Source: Mytilus edulis (lineage: Eukaryota). From it: a DNA stretch of 64,000 nt. Of this stretch, positions 1 to 13,239 are shown piece by piece. A program made the position numbers and the translations under genes. The stretch covers positions 11,098,001 to 11,162,000 of the forward strand of contig NC_092348.1 of the NCBI RefSeq assembly GCF_963676685.1, in the 5' to 3' direction. How positions within the stretch are numbered: the stretch's first letter is position 1; the number at the start of each line of letters is the position of its first letter. A model generated the notes under the pieces. The model was not told the origin of the DNA, made no database searches, and saw only the letters and a list, made by a program, of their open reading frames with translations.

Positions 1-870
1 ATGCTTTGTTTCATTCAAAATCATGGATTTTAGATGTAACCCTCCCCCTTTTTTCTTGCTCCTATACGATTTAAAAATTAAGTAAAAATTAGCCTCCGTA
101 TTAGTAAGATATGATTTGTTCAATTTAATAAGAGAAAAAGTACCAAATACTTGGTTACTTTTTCTTTTTTTCTGTATAAATATGTTAAACAAAATTTTTG
201 ATATACTCTTAAATAAGACCCCTTTTAACCCCTTTTGGACACTTTTTCAATAGTCTAACACCTCTTAAAATATTCCTCAGACATTACTCTTTAGATTTAT
301 GCAAAAAAATTGCGGTACCCTGGGGTGTAACACAGAACTGAAATTTTACCTTTCCAGCTGATGGACTATAAGAACAGAAAGTTGGATAGTTAGGATTTGA
401 CCTTTTAAAAATAAATATAATGTTATATATAGATATATACCTCAAAGTACTTTTCATTGAGACTAGTACCGTCTGATATATCGTTCTAAAAGAAAATAAC
501 TGTCGTAGATAAATACCATCAGAATGATTTCTCATATTGAAAAAAATCTCGTGAACGATAACATTTCTCAAATTGGAATTTGTTTGTTGGGTCACAAATC
601 ACTTGATTCAAGATATACACTAGATTCGTTGATCTTTCAATTTGTAATTATACAATGTTTTATAAAGTCTCATTTATACATTTTTTTCAAACTTAAATTC
701 CATTTCCCATTCGTCAGAGCTAGCATCAGATGTGTTTTAGTATTCCTTTTGGTCTCTTTACTCTTATTTATATTTTGTTTTGTTGTACTTTTCAAAAGTT
801 TGCGGCGATGTCCAATCTTAATTTGATTTATTACACATACGGATATTCTATGAAAGTTTTGGTTTTCGTA

Positions 871-1719
871 CTACGGTTTCAACCAGTCCTTGTGACATAA
901 CTCGTTACATTTATGGTTCGATAGAACTTCTTTAATACCTTCTTCGCCTTGGTCTTTTGGTCCAAATGACCTCTCAATTGAATGAACTGTTGGCACGGTA
1001 AGATGAAGGAAATTGCTTTTCTCCTCAGCTCCTTGAAAGTCGCACATAACCAATTTTCCTTCACTCTGGTGGTATGTGAAATGGAGAAACGCGTTCAAAA
1101 TAGCAGGACAGTCATCTTCGCAAGTCCCGTCGACGAATATAAAATGCCTGAATGGTCCTTCTATTCTGTCCTCTATCAAAACAATGTCATCCATGCTAAG
1201 TCTACCTTTATATCTACAACAATAGTAACAAATTGGGTTCCATACTGATGACATGTTGTCTATCTCCGCCAAATAAGATTTAGCAAAAGCAATTCCTAGT
1301 TTCTTTTCTGTGTCCATATTTAGTTCTTTCCGAAACAAACTGATATTGTCGTTCCCTGTGATAAACATTTTTCTAAACCACTGCGAATCCGTATTGCTTT
1401 TGTCGTTCATCATAATGTCGTCTTTACTTGCCGTTTTCACGACGCATTTTCGCTTTGACCAGTATGAATTGTCAATATTGTCGGTGGTTTTCACCCTCTT
1501 ACTCTTAGTTTTAGTACCTTTGCCATGGAAATTTCCATCTGTTGGTTCTTCGATCTCGTCAATACGTTTTGACTGGAATGAGATACCTTTATACACAATT
1601 CTACGTCTTCCGCACTTGAAAGGATAATATTCGAAACTAGACCACCGACGTATTTCCCTTTCATCGGAAGATATTGAATGGTATGTAGAATTCATGCCGT
1701 CTGAGTAATTATTGCCCAT
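871..1719 (-). CDS. Alpha-kinase (eEF2K/MHCK/TRPM7-type) family protein, probable pseudokinase, 282 aa, single coding exon
   Basis: Alpha-kinase motif order PFxxGxxRxVYKG, CVVK, LIEDRIEG, AFLHFTY..S.G.L..CDFQG, TVHS, FGPKDQG..GI, HKCNELC (Zn ligands). Canonical LTDP reads LTVP. N-terminus MGNNYS fits the MGxxxS myristoylation pattern. Confidence 0.85.
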   Translation of the reverse strand: MGNNYSDGMNSTYHSISSDEREIRRWSSFEYYPFKCGRRRIVYKGISFQSKRIDEIEEPTDGNFHGKGTKTKSKRVKTTDNIDNSYWSKRKCVVKTASKDDIMMNDKSNTDSQWFRKMFITGNDNISLFRKELNMDTEKKLGIAFAKSYLAEIDNMSSVWNPICYYCCRYKGRLSMDDIVLIEDRIEGPFRHFIFVDGTCEDDCPAILNAFLHFTYHQSEGKLVMCDFQGAEEKSNFLHLTVPTVHSIERSFGPKDQGEEGIKEVLSNHKCNELCHKDWLKP

Positions 1720-2989
1720 TGTAAATCCTTTTAATAAATTGATATAGTAAAGTCTTCTAATTGTTCAGTTGCACTGTTCAAATCTACCAAAAGGGAATTA
1801 TTTTAGTTACCAGCTTCAACGTGTAGATGGTGAGGATTCTGTGATTTCTAAAGGATAAAAAAAAACATACATGGTAAAACTGACGAAGAAGTTAGCTTTA
1901 ATTAAAACAAGATCCAATTAAAAACAGATGTGTGGACTATATGTTCAAGTATGACACATATTTTATGAATTAAATTACATAAAAGATTAAAAAAGATCTA
2001 AATATAGACTAATATATTATATGTAGGCCTTCTTAAATATTTATTTATATATTTATCATATTTTAACATATGATTCTATGTATGTGAGTCTATATTGTAT
2101 TTCACTTATCTAAGAAATGCGCTGTTGGAGCAGTAGGTTTGTAACAAACGAACCGACGCCTTAGAAAGAATTCTTGACATCCTTAATGCTTTTTTACCTA
2201 TAGAATTTAAGAGTGATTTGTATGATTTCACTTTCAATGTTATAAATACTTGGTACAATTCCAACAATGGGCGTCTTAACGCAATGCTAATTCAACTGAT
2301 TTCTGATTTCTGATATCTTAAACTTCTGTTTTCAGCGAAACATAAACATAATGAAAAGCCAATTGAGTGAAAGTATATTTTTTACTCATGTAGGAAATTT
2401 CAAAACCAAACGCTTGTCGCCATATCAAATTAAGTTCACGGCGAGTGCCTTGCGACAAGAAAGTTCTGTTCTCCTTCAGATGTAGATCCTGATTTTTCGG
2501 GATCAATTTTTCTTATTTATTTGTCTTTTGTTCATTGATTGCCCTTCTGTATTCTGTGAGTGTTGCATTCCTTTTGTAATTTAGAAATTTTGTTATAAAC
2601 TTGATCATGAGTTAAAAAAAACAGAAGCCACAGACTTAAAGGAGTTCAATAGTACAGAAAATAGATAACCTGTCCTCTTAGTTTACAAAAATTAATAACC
2701 GATCCAAAACAAATCCTCCTGTTTTGGAGGTCAAACTGTGTGGTGCAAGAATCTATGAAATATATTGGGATGCTATGAATAACAAAGAAGCTAAATTCAT
2801 TCAAGTATGGACATCACAATATGGCAACTAATTACATAACAATTAATTGTGTAATAATTATGTCATAATGAAATTATCACAATTTGTATCCTTCTTCTTT
2901 CTTTTGGTACCTCATTTATAAAATTTAAAGAATGATGAGTGGAATTACATCAGTTTAAAGATGTCTGATTGGGGATGAAAAATCTTTGT

Positions 2990-4500
2990 ATTGTGCTACC
3001 TTAATACTGTATTCTTACCTCTTACTCTTTTTTTATTCCTGTCTATCTTTTTCAATAATGTAATTTATACTGATAGAAATGTGTGTCTTATGTTTGATAT
3101 GATCATTGGAAAAACACAGTTATATTTAACACACATTTCGTTGAAATCTTGCCGAATTAATAAAAATAGTAAAATAATGATTGGTTATTTTTTTATATTT
3201 ATATTTATATAGAAAGTTATATATATTTGTATTATTCAAATACACAGAGATAATAGAAAAAAATTGTTTAGCTTAAGATGAAATTGACGAAAGCGGATTT
3301 AACATCGTTATTCATACAAACCTGCAATTTTCAGCTTAAGACAACAGATCGGGAGGTAATTGGTCTGAGTAAATGTTTCCTTTAATATACTCTGAATGAT
3401 CTATGTTTTCGATGAGATTTATTTTTTTTCATTTAAATGTTTTTGATAAAAACGCATCAGACACGCCTTAAGTCTGTATTATTATTAACAGTGAAAATTA
3501 CTTGTCTAATTTTAACCAGTATTCTTACCTGGCACTTATTATTTTATCCCTGTCTATCCTTCTCAATAATGTAGTTTATACAGATAGAACTATGTGTATA
3601 AATTTGATATGGTCAGTCATGTAAAATTTCAAAGTTCTATTTAAAAAATATTTCGTCGAAATATTGCAAAATTAATAAAAATAGTATAATAATTATTCGG
3701 TTATTTTTGTTATCTTCATATCTATATAGAAAGTTATTTATAGTTGTATTATTTAAATACACGGATAATAGAAAAAAAATATTTTAGCTTAAAATAAAAT
3801 GATGAAAGCGGTTTCTTCCTAAACGCAATCATGTGTGCTTTACATTATAAATCAATTTAATTGAACTATAATGAAAGTTGTCTATTATTTGTAAGTAACA
3901 CGCTTATTGTAAACTACATATCAATTTGTATTATCAATAAGAAAATTTCGACAACTGAAAATAAAAGTTTTAAGTTACAGACATTTATTCACAGCAACAG
4001 TGAAAATTGCTCGTCTTATTTAATACTGTATTCTTACTTCTCACTCTTTATTTTATTCCTGTCTATCTTTTTTGACAACGTAATTTATACTAAACGAACT
4101 GCGTGCATTTTATTTGATATGGTCAATTTAAAAAACACGTCATTTCGTAGAAATCTTGCCAAATTAATAGTATATAGTTATCAAAGGTAATAATAATAGA
4201 ATATAATATTATAATGATTGGTTATTTTTTTTATCTTCATATCTATATAGAAAGTTAAATATATTTGTATTATTTAGATACACAGAAAATAGAAAATTTT
4301 CTATTTTAGCTTAAACTAAAATCATAAAAGCGGTTTTAACGATGTAATTAATACAAATCTGTTATTTACAGAATAAGACATCAGTTAAATATGTGAATTA
4401 GTCAGAGTATGGAATTCCATCAATGTACTGTTAATGGTCTGTGTTTTCGATTTCAATTATTATTTCTTATTATAATGTTTTTCTTAAAAACGAATCGGAC
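2990..4500. repeat. Degenerate tandem repeat, about 510-bp unit, about 3 copies
   Basis: TTAATACTGTATTCTTAC...CTGTCTATC...GTAATTTATAC...TATAGAAAGTT...GATAATAGAAAAAA...AAAGCGG recurs near 3001, 3512 and 4020. A further fragment lies at about 8236-8345. Confidence 0.75.
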
Positions 4501-4553
4501 GTATCTAATGCATATATATTTACTTTTCAGCACTATCTCTATACCGTTACAAG

Positions 4554-5614
4554 TAGTGTTGACAAATCGTACGCTTTTGCCTAACCGGTTACTCGGACAA
4601 TCGTTCGACCGATTAACCGGTTAACCGGTAGTTTGAGTTGGTGTTTGAAAGCCTTATCAATATTACCCTACAAATAGATATAAGATGTGGTATGAGTGTC
4701 AATTTGACAACCTTTCATCCAAGTCATAAATTTACGCTTTTAGAATTAAAGTTCGTCCTTTGGCATTATAAGGCTTGTTTGTGAGGATTCCTGGCTAAGA
4801 TTGACTTTTAATATCCAACTACACCGTATCAACTATAGCGTTTGTACCAACTTCAGATTTATTCAGAAAATAAAATAAAAACTTCTTGATATCGTAGAAT
4901 TGAATATGTCTGAAACTGATTATTCTTTCCTTTTCACTTGTTGTCTCCGAAAATAATGTGGACTGTTTCAATTTGTATGATTAATTGTAAAAAAGAAGAT
5001 GTGGTATGATTGCCAATGAGACAATTCTCCACAAGAGATCAAAATGACACAGAAATTAACAACTATAGATCACCGTACGGCCTGTTTCTTTACTCTGTTT
5101 ACATGTTACTCGTACTATCACGTATACATTGAGTACATTCACATTGGTTTGCATTTCACAATTTTTTAGTAAGCATTTCGTTTAAAGTAAGACTAAGCCT
5201 TGCACGACGGAGGTTGCACATTTAGATGTAGGTTTGAACAATATTAGATCAGAAACGAAATAATGAAGTAAATCGTAAAATTTAATCGCATTACTGATTT
5301 AGAGTCACTGTTTCATGTTAAAAAAACATGTATATTAATTATGTTTCTTTAAGATCTTGCCCCGAGCTGAGAGACAAGTTCTAATTAATTTTTTGTTGAT
5401 AGGATTAACAGTAGCAATCAATATACTGGACAATTGATCTGCCAAATTAATTACCACGACGACAATTTTTTAATAAAACTTAACTATTTAATGAATGATT
5501 TCAATACAAATTTATTTCGGATCTATCAAAATTGGAAAAAAAGTCCGGTTAACCGGTTAGCGTTTTTGGTATTCGGTATTTGGTCGTTCGACCGGTTAAC
5601 CGTTGACAACACTA
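4554..5614. mobile_element. hAT-type non-autonomous element (MITE)
   Basis: TIRs TAGTGTTGACAA / TTGACAACACTA (11/12 match). Perfect 8-bp TSD GTTACAAG at 4546-4553 and 5615-5622. Clustered AACCGGTT subterminal motifs at both ends. Confidence 0.85.
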
Positions 5615-6269
5615 GTTACAAGTGAACTATTATCTGAAAATATTATTTTGATGTATTCTATCAGTAAGGTCAATTTACGGTTGTTTCTTTCGATGTTCAG
5701 AATTCAAGTTACTCTAACTTTATACAAAAAAATAAAATGTTAATGTTATAAAGAGAACCCGGCAATGACTATCATGTCAAAAGTCGAGAAAAGTTACAAT
5801 AAAGCCGAATGTAATATCAGGTGATCTGGAGGGATAGTAATAAAATACGTGTGGTTATCTAAACATAATAATCCTTTCTTGGTTTCGTTCTTACCATTGA
5901 ATTGTCAATGATAAATCTCCATGTCATTCCTTAACACGTACATGTATGCTTTACAATTTTGTTTTAATCAATTTAAATGAAATATTTTAAAAGTTATCTA
6001 TCAATAGTTATCAAAGGTACCAGGATTATAATTTAGTACGCCATCCGCGCGTTTCGTCTTGCAATGTGCATTGTGTTAAAATGTAATATCAGTATTTAGT
6101 TCTATTATAATCTTAAATCAATCCTAATTCTATCTTATTTTTGAGATATAGTTTTTCAAATGTGACGTCATTTTTGTGCTTTTTCATGAAATTCAAATGT
6201 GACTGTAATTTTTGTGCCTTTTCACCACTTCGTATGTGACGTCATTTTTATGACTTTTTGCGTTGAGGC

Positions 6270-8235
6270 CTGGACTAAGTCGGGTGTGTCTATTTTCTGT
6301 GTTGGTCTTTGTATTATGTATTCGGGTTTGTTTTCTGTAATTAGTTAAGACTTCAGTTACTGTATTATCATGTATATCTTTGATATTCATTTGTAAAATT
6401 TACTGTTTGCAATAGCATAAATTGTTCTAAATAATAAGGATGTTCTGATCACAAGCAGAAAACCCTATAGCCGTATTTGGCACAACCTTTTTCATCTTTT
6501 GATCCTCAGTGCTGTACAACATTGTACTTTTTTTTACTTTCGAACTTTTATATCTGGGCGTCACTGGTAAGTCTTGTGTGGACGAGGCGCGTTTTTTGGC
6601 GTATTGCATTTTAAACCTGATGCCTTTTGTTATCTATTATTCATGTGTTTCTTTGCATAATACGTTCTCCTATTTATTTGTATTGTAGTCCTGTAATATT
6701 ATGTTGTCATTTTAATGTTATATTTAACATTGCCATTAAAGTGCGAGGGTTGGCATGCCACAAAACCAGGTTCAACCCACCACTTTTCCTTTAAAAATGT
6801 CCTGTACCAAGTCAGGAATATGGCCATTGTTATATTATAGTTCGTTTTTGTGTGTGTTACATTTTAACGTTGTGTTTCCGTTGTGTCGTTTGTTTTCTCT
6901 TATTTTGTATTTTTATATTATCTTAAAGAGTTGACGTTCTTGGTATGTTAAGGCTAACTGAGATATCTCTCCAGAAAAATAGTTAAATTAAGGTAAACAC
7001 AATTGGAAATGGATAAAGATGTAGAAGCATGTGTAGAAAAATGACAAATGATAGAATTAAGAGGTTGATTGAGGGTCTACATGGTGTAGACACAGAATAT
7101 AACAGTGAACTAAAAACTCAAAATCAAAACAAAGAAAAAATGGCGTCCTACAGTGAAGCACTGTCCGGAAAAAATAATAACACAGAACAAAACAATGACA
7201 ACGATGTCACCACAAATGATACAAATGACAATCATCCCAACTCAACTTCAGCTTTAGCTTCAAATTCAAGTAATTTTGTAAAATCCATATTTCTTAAAGA
7301 TAGCAACGTTCATGGTTCTGTGAAACCGGAGCGGTCTATGTGGATAACAAATGTTGAAATTTATAAAGCTGTCGGAGAAAAGGTCCCCGCGGAATGTATT
7401 AAAGGCATCCAACGCATTAGAGAAATGTGGCGTATCTACATGGATAATGAGGAAAACAAACTGTCGCTGTTAGTGCAAGGTATAAACCTACGTGGCAGGC
7501 AGGTCACCTTGCATTCACAACACCCTCATAATCCATCTAACTTATTACAAACCTGATACGATACGCATAAAAGTGAAAAACGTTCCTCTTTCAGCGGATG
7601 ATGGACAGATTCATCGTGCTTTAACTTTACAAGGGTGTAATATTCAGGCTTTTTCTCGAGAAAGACTCAGGATTGATGGAAAAGTAACAAATTGTGAAAC
7701 AGGGGATAGGCTAGTTATAAGTAAATTACTTGAAAAATCCATTCCAAGAAATCTTCAGATTGGGAAGTACCTAGCAAGAATTTTTCATTCAGGTCACCCG
7801 ACTTTCAGGGAAGACCAAATTTAGTGAGCTATGAAGATGTCAAAAAGTGTCATAAATGTCTCAAACCAGGTCATGTAATGTACAATTGTCCAAATGATTG
7901 GGTCTGTAGGATATGTAACATAAGTGGACACAAAATGATAGACTGTCCAACAGAACTACAGTCTCTTATTTTGGAGTGTTAATTCACATTACTATAACGT
8001 GTCACGGTACTTATCTATCCCAAATTCATGTATTTGGTTTTGATGTTATATTTGTTATTCTCATCGGATTTTGTCTAATGCTTAGTCCGTTTCTGTTTGT
8101 GTTACATTTTAATGTTGTGTCGTTGTTCTCTTATATTTAATGCGTTTCCCTCAGTTTTAGTTTGTTACCCCGATTTTGATTTTTGTCCATGGATTTATGA
8201 GTTTTGAACAGCGGTATACTACTGTTGCCTTTATT
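6270..8235 (+). repeat. Interspersed retro-type repeat with a decayed hammerhead-like motif, split by the insertion at 6908-7961
   Basis: 6600-6907 plus 7962-8235 match the reverse complement of 43713-44284. Degenerate hammerhead-like GCGTCACTGGTAAGTCTTGTGTGGACGAGGCGCG near 6558-6592. Confidence 0.7.
6908..7961 (+). mobile_element. Isolated, frameshifted ORF1 (gag-like) fragment of an L1/Tx1-type LINE flanked by a 12-bp TSD
   Basis: ORFs 7029-7556 and 7492-7824 resemble Tx1 ORF1 (MASYSEAL, IKGIQRIREMWRIY, IKVKNVPLS, ETGDRLV). Two CCHC knuckles follow (CHKCLKPGHVMYNC, CRICNISGHKMIDC, about 7848-7946). TCTCTTATTTTG is duplicated at 6896-6907 and 7962-7973. Confidence 0.8.
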
Positions 8236-8583
8236 AAAATGATTAGGGTTGTTTTTATCTCCATTATCTTTATAGATATTATTTAAATACACAGATAATA
8301 GAAAAATATCTAATTTAGATTAAAATGAAATTGATGAAAGCGATTTGACCAATATCAAATCCATTCTTTAATTAAACTCAAACACAAATTACAAATACAA
8401 TACAATAAACGACTGAATAGACAGGAAACTAAAATACAAAAGTATACTATCTATAAAGATGATTCACTTTTTAATGTATATGATGTGTACAAGTTATCAT
8501 TTTGTGCAAATTATGCACACCATGTTATTTTCAGCATCATATATCAGTCTTTAGCATGTGATTCGGACATAGTATGGTTAGAC

Positions 8584-8870
8584 TAAAAAGTAAAATCACA
8601 AAATTACTGAACTTAGAGGAAAATCAATTCGGAAAGTCCATAATCACATGGCAAAATCAAATAACAAAACGCATCAAAAACGGAATGGACAAGAACTGTC
8701 ATATTCCTTACTTTGTACAGGCATTTTCAAATGTAGAAAATGGTGGATTAAACCTGGTTTTATAGCGCTAACCCTCTCACTTTGGTGACAGTCTCATCAA
8801 GTTCCGTTATATTTACATTGATGCGTTAACTAAAACAGACACAATAATTAAAATAGTCAGAATATGGGTA
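8584..8870 (+). repeat. Interspersed repeat (AAAAGTAAAATCACAAAA... family)
   Basis: Highly similar to 15329-15610. A related inverted copy ends near 12866. Confidence 0.75.
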
Positions 8871-9170
8871 CATAGTTATCAAAGGTACCAGGATTATAAG
8901 TTATAACCCCAGACGCGCGTTATCCTTCCAAGGTCAGTGTTTTGGCATTAACTTCTTTTGATTATTTAGAAACATTTTAGTAAACCGGCATCGGATGCAT
9001 CAGACTTTGTCAATATTGGTATTATCATAGAAATTATTTCCCCACCGATCTGTGCTTATACTTCTCTAAAGGTCTCATTTGGTCAAAATTATCCAGTGTG
9101 GGTTTCAGTAATCTATAGAAGCGCTTCACATGTACGATTTTTTTAGTGTTGAAATAATTCCTAGTATAGT

Positions 9171-10204
9171 TTTTATACGCCCGTCTTTTAGACGGGACGT
9201 ATTATGGTATACCGTTGTTCGTCCGTCTGTCCGTCCGTTGTCCACACTTCGGACAATAACTCAAACACTTTCACCAATTTCCATGAAACTTAAGTGAATT
9301 GTTTATATCTATTGACACAAGCTCCCTTTCGTTTTTTTTTTTAATTTCAGATTTTAAGTTTTGGATTAATGGGGCTTTATTCATAAAAAAAGGGGGTCCG
9401 TCGTCCACACTTCGGACAATAACTCAAAAACACTTTCACCAATTTCCATGAAACTTAAGTGAATTGTTTATATCTATTGACGTAAGCTCCCTTTCGTTTT
9501 TTTTTAAATTTCAGATTTTAAGTTTTGGATTTATGGGGCTTTAATCATAAAAAAGGAACATATCCGATATCATTTGTGAAACGGTTATTCCATAACGGTC
9601 AACCAACTCGTGATGGCGTCCGTAAAATTTACGAAGGGATGATTTCAACTTCACCATTTGGAACTCTTGGTTTAATAGCTTCCTTGTGAGCAGTAACCCT
9701 CTATCAAGAAAATCATGATAGGAAATGCAAGCACGGGAATATCGTATCAATTGGGAGATATATACCCCGTATGCAGGTGCTGCTGGAATGTTGCTACTTA
9801 GAAATGGAAAGTTCACAATTGGAAAGCTGAAATCATCTCTTTTGTCGTAAAGTTTTGTTTTCAACCGACCCTCATTGTCAATTTCTAGATGTAAGTCAAG
9901 ATATGAAGCCGACTTAACTGTATCTGTAGTATCCAATTCGATGGGATAGATGCGTTCCACATAGTCACCAAATTTTGAACTGTTTAGTGAAAGAACGTCA
10001 TCTATATAGCGGAAAGTAGAGTTAAAGGATAGTTAATAGTGCCAATTTTTTGTGCATTTTTATTTATTATTTTTTTTTTTTGGGGGGGGGGGGGTATTTG
10101 ACAGGGCTCACACTCTTTCTAGTTGATCATATAAATTCATTTAAAGCATAAAAGACAAGTTAAAAGAGCAACGGGCGTATCATGCGCTAAAGCGCAGCCC
10201 TTTA
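9171..10204 (+). mobile_element. Helentron-associated non-autonomous element (HINE/DINE-1-like) containing a Penelope-like RT fragment
   Basis: 5' TACGCCCGTC with adjacent inverted GACGGGACGTA, a (GTCC)n tract, two internal tandem units of about 170 bp, then 3' ACGGGCGTA and hairpin GCGCTAAAGCGC. T-rich flanks. Confidence 0.75.
9556..10032 (-). pseudogene. Penelope-like retroelement reverse transcriptase, C-terminal fragment
   Basis: FRYIDDVLSLN...IYP.EL...SASYLDL...KLYDKRDDFSFPIVNFPFLSSNIP..PAYGVYISQLIRYSRAC. Truncated at both ends. Confidence 0.8.
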
Positions 10205-11412
10205 TTATATATTTTCACGAAAATTTATGCAAAGCTTGAACCTGTTTCAACTAGTCTTATATGTCATTTAAAGCATTTTTGTATCCATTTAAATTTTGAT
10301 AATTCAAGGCCAAAATGCATGGCAAATAAAAGTGCTAAAACTGAGTCATTTTGAATTTTGTACATCTTTTTTCACCGTTTATTTACTACTTAAAAGGATT
10401 AATTCAAAAAATGAATATATGATAACTGCCATATCTAATCAACGTTAATAAGACCGAAAGGTCATGTCCATCAAATTTAATTTTAAAGTATGTGCGACAA
10501 AGGTTAAACATTTTTATTTTTTTGTTTTAAATTTAAAAATGATAAAACAAAATTAAAAAAATCACCCCATTGCTCTGTTTGCGCAAACAATTTACAAAGT
10601 AGAACAATTCTGTAAAATTTCTGCTAAAGCTGGAGAAAGATTTACCCGAACAAGACATATTTCCCGATTTATTTGTGGCATCGGCATAAAATTTGAAAAT
10701 TACATCATTTAACCTGATATAGACTTCAATTTGATGAAAGGTCGACCACACTATTGTGTTTGGGTGTTTACGTCATCAGTCACTGGCAATGATTTTAACG
10801 TTACACAACTTTTCGAACGGTCAATAGTTTGTTTTTTGTTGAACTTTTTTCTTTTTATTTCTTTTCCTGGGGATGGGAATTCATTATATGCTCTGTATTA
10901 AACCGATTTAGCATTTTAATACCAGTATGTAGAATTAAGAAGACTTACCGGGTTAAATATTGCAAAAAAATAGTGAACATAACTGTTTTGTTCTCATTCT
11001 ATAAAAACTTATAACTGTATAATAGGATTTTTTTTTATTTTCATACATGCATATTTTTTTAATGTATTAAAATTTGTATGACGTGATGAAACTAAGGAAA
11101 TTAAAATGTTACAATCTAAACGATACCATTAATATCAAAATACCTAACATTACTTTTAGAATATTCAAACTTAATAGTTTTAGGGGTGCCCAAACTAGTG
11201 ATTGTGGCCAGACACAAGACTAGATAGATATAGGAAGATGTGGTATGAGTGCCAATGAGATAACTATCTATCCAAATAACAATTTATAAAATTAAACCAT
11301 TATAGGTCAATGTGCGGCCATCAACACGAAGCCTTGGCTCACACCGAACAACAAGCTATAAAGGCCCCCAACATTACTTGTGTAAAACCATTCAAACGGG
11401 AAAACCAACGGT

Positions 11413-11797
11413 CATAGACAATGTATAAGCTACGGTGAGAGGCGTTTTGACAAGGCTGCACCCACACTCTGGAACAATTTGCCATCGTCTTTAAGGAGTG
11501 TACATTCTTTAGATGTTTTTAAAAAGCAACTCAATACTCATTTATTTCGTACTGCTTTTAAGGATTTCTTTTGTTTTGTATATTTTAGGGTACATGCATT
11601 TTTCATTTCTTTTATTTCCTTTTTCTTTTTTAAGTACATGTATCTTATATGCTTGTTTGATTCTTTTAAATTAGTGCTTTGTTATCTATGTTTTATGTAT
11701 TTTTGTATTTTTTATTTATTTTTTAAATGTGAAGCGCTTAGAGTAATTTTTGTTATTATATAATGCGCTCTATAAATATTGTATTTATTTATTATAA
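11413..11797 (+). mobile_element. 3' end of an L2-clade LINE
   Basis: Encodes YGERRFDKAAPTLWNNLPSSLR...FKKQLNTHLF, a typical L2/CR1 ORF2 C-terminus. Followed by a T-rich UTR, a GAAGCGCTTAGAG...GCGCTCTATAAAT stem-loop and a (TATT)n tail. Confidence 0.8.
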
Positions 11798-13239
11798 AGT
11801 TGTCATAGATTTCAGTACTGATATGACCACTAATATCCAATGTTTCAGTAGAAAGACAAGAGTTTCGAATAAACAAGACCATCAATGTCGCTAGAATAAT
11901 CAAGACGGTTAGCATGACAAATCAAATAAAGGATTATTTACATTTTAGGATAGAAAAAGCATCATGCTAAGAATGATTCTGAAATTTAAACTTTCGATAT
12001 AAAGATAACGGCAGTAGCTTTTGATTATATCGCTTCCCTATTGTTCAAACTTGTATTGCTACACAAGAGGATGTCAGAGTGACAGCAAACCTGATTTTCT
12101 TTCATGGAAATAATATTTGCAAACCTAGACCCCCTATAAACAAGATCAGGTAAAAAACATAAATGAATGTTTATAGGGTTCAGAATTGAAAAGCCAAAAT
12201 ATTTTCCCTACATAAAGATGTACAACAAAACAACAATACAATCTAAAGCTAAAATCGGCGAATTTAGTCACAGGAAACAGCATATCTAAATTTGAACAGA
12301 TTTTGTTAAACGTTTTCATGTTAATGAAAGGACACTATATTTGCACTATTTACATTTTTGTCAATGTGCTTCGTCTTTATGTCTTTTCATGATTCTTTGA
12401 GGCATATATGACGTGGCTTTGTACTATAGAATCCTTCATTGTGTTATTATTCTATGGTAAATTTGTGTAATCTTTTCTTTTATGTTTACTAATATGCTTG
12501 GTCTTTATGCCATTTTATGCTTCTTTGTTACATGTTTGTTTTACAGTGATTAAGATTATAACACAAAGTTGACTGCTGTACCCTATTATTGACATGTTTA
12601 CCAAGTATGTCTGTTTGTTTTGTTCATACATCGTTGTCAATATTTGAAATTTGATGCGACTGTTATACAAGTGAGAGGTTTAGCTAGCTATAAAACCAGG
12701 TTTAATCCACCATTTTCTACATACAAAAGGCCTGTTCCAAGTCAGGAATATGACAGGTGTTATCCATTCGTTTGATTTGTTTGAGCTTTTGATTTTGCCA
12801 TTTGATTACAGCCTTTCCTATTTGAATTTTCCTTGTAGTTCAGTATTTTTGTGATTTTACTTTTTACATTCACGATAGAGACATAGCAATATATAATTAC
12901 AGAATTTTGTTAGCGCAGAGATATGTGTTGGGTATATTTGTTAAAGTGAAGGAAAATTTACTTCTCGTTGATATATTAACATAAAATATATGTTTGTTTA
13001 CTTTTCCTATAAATTAGCATTGAAAATGTTGTATTTATTAGGTTTTAAAATATATTTTCACAATTTTGTTAGTTTTCATATTCGAGGCTGTTATACAATT
13101 ATCTTTTTTTTTAAATTTAGGACCATATAATCTAAATCCTTTAAACGACTTTTAAACATTGGTGAACTACAGGTTTTTAACATTCAACAACTGCGTCTTT
13201 TAACAAATATTTTGCTTTTGTGGTCAAATATCCGGTTAT

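Noticed and set aside
284-826. Short ORFs here, plus antisense ORFs overlapping the kinase, transposase and LINE genes
   Set aside because: Low-complexity AT-rich or shadow frames without motifs.
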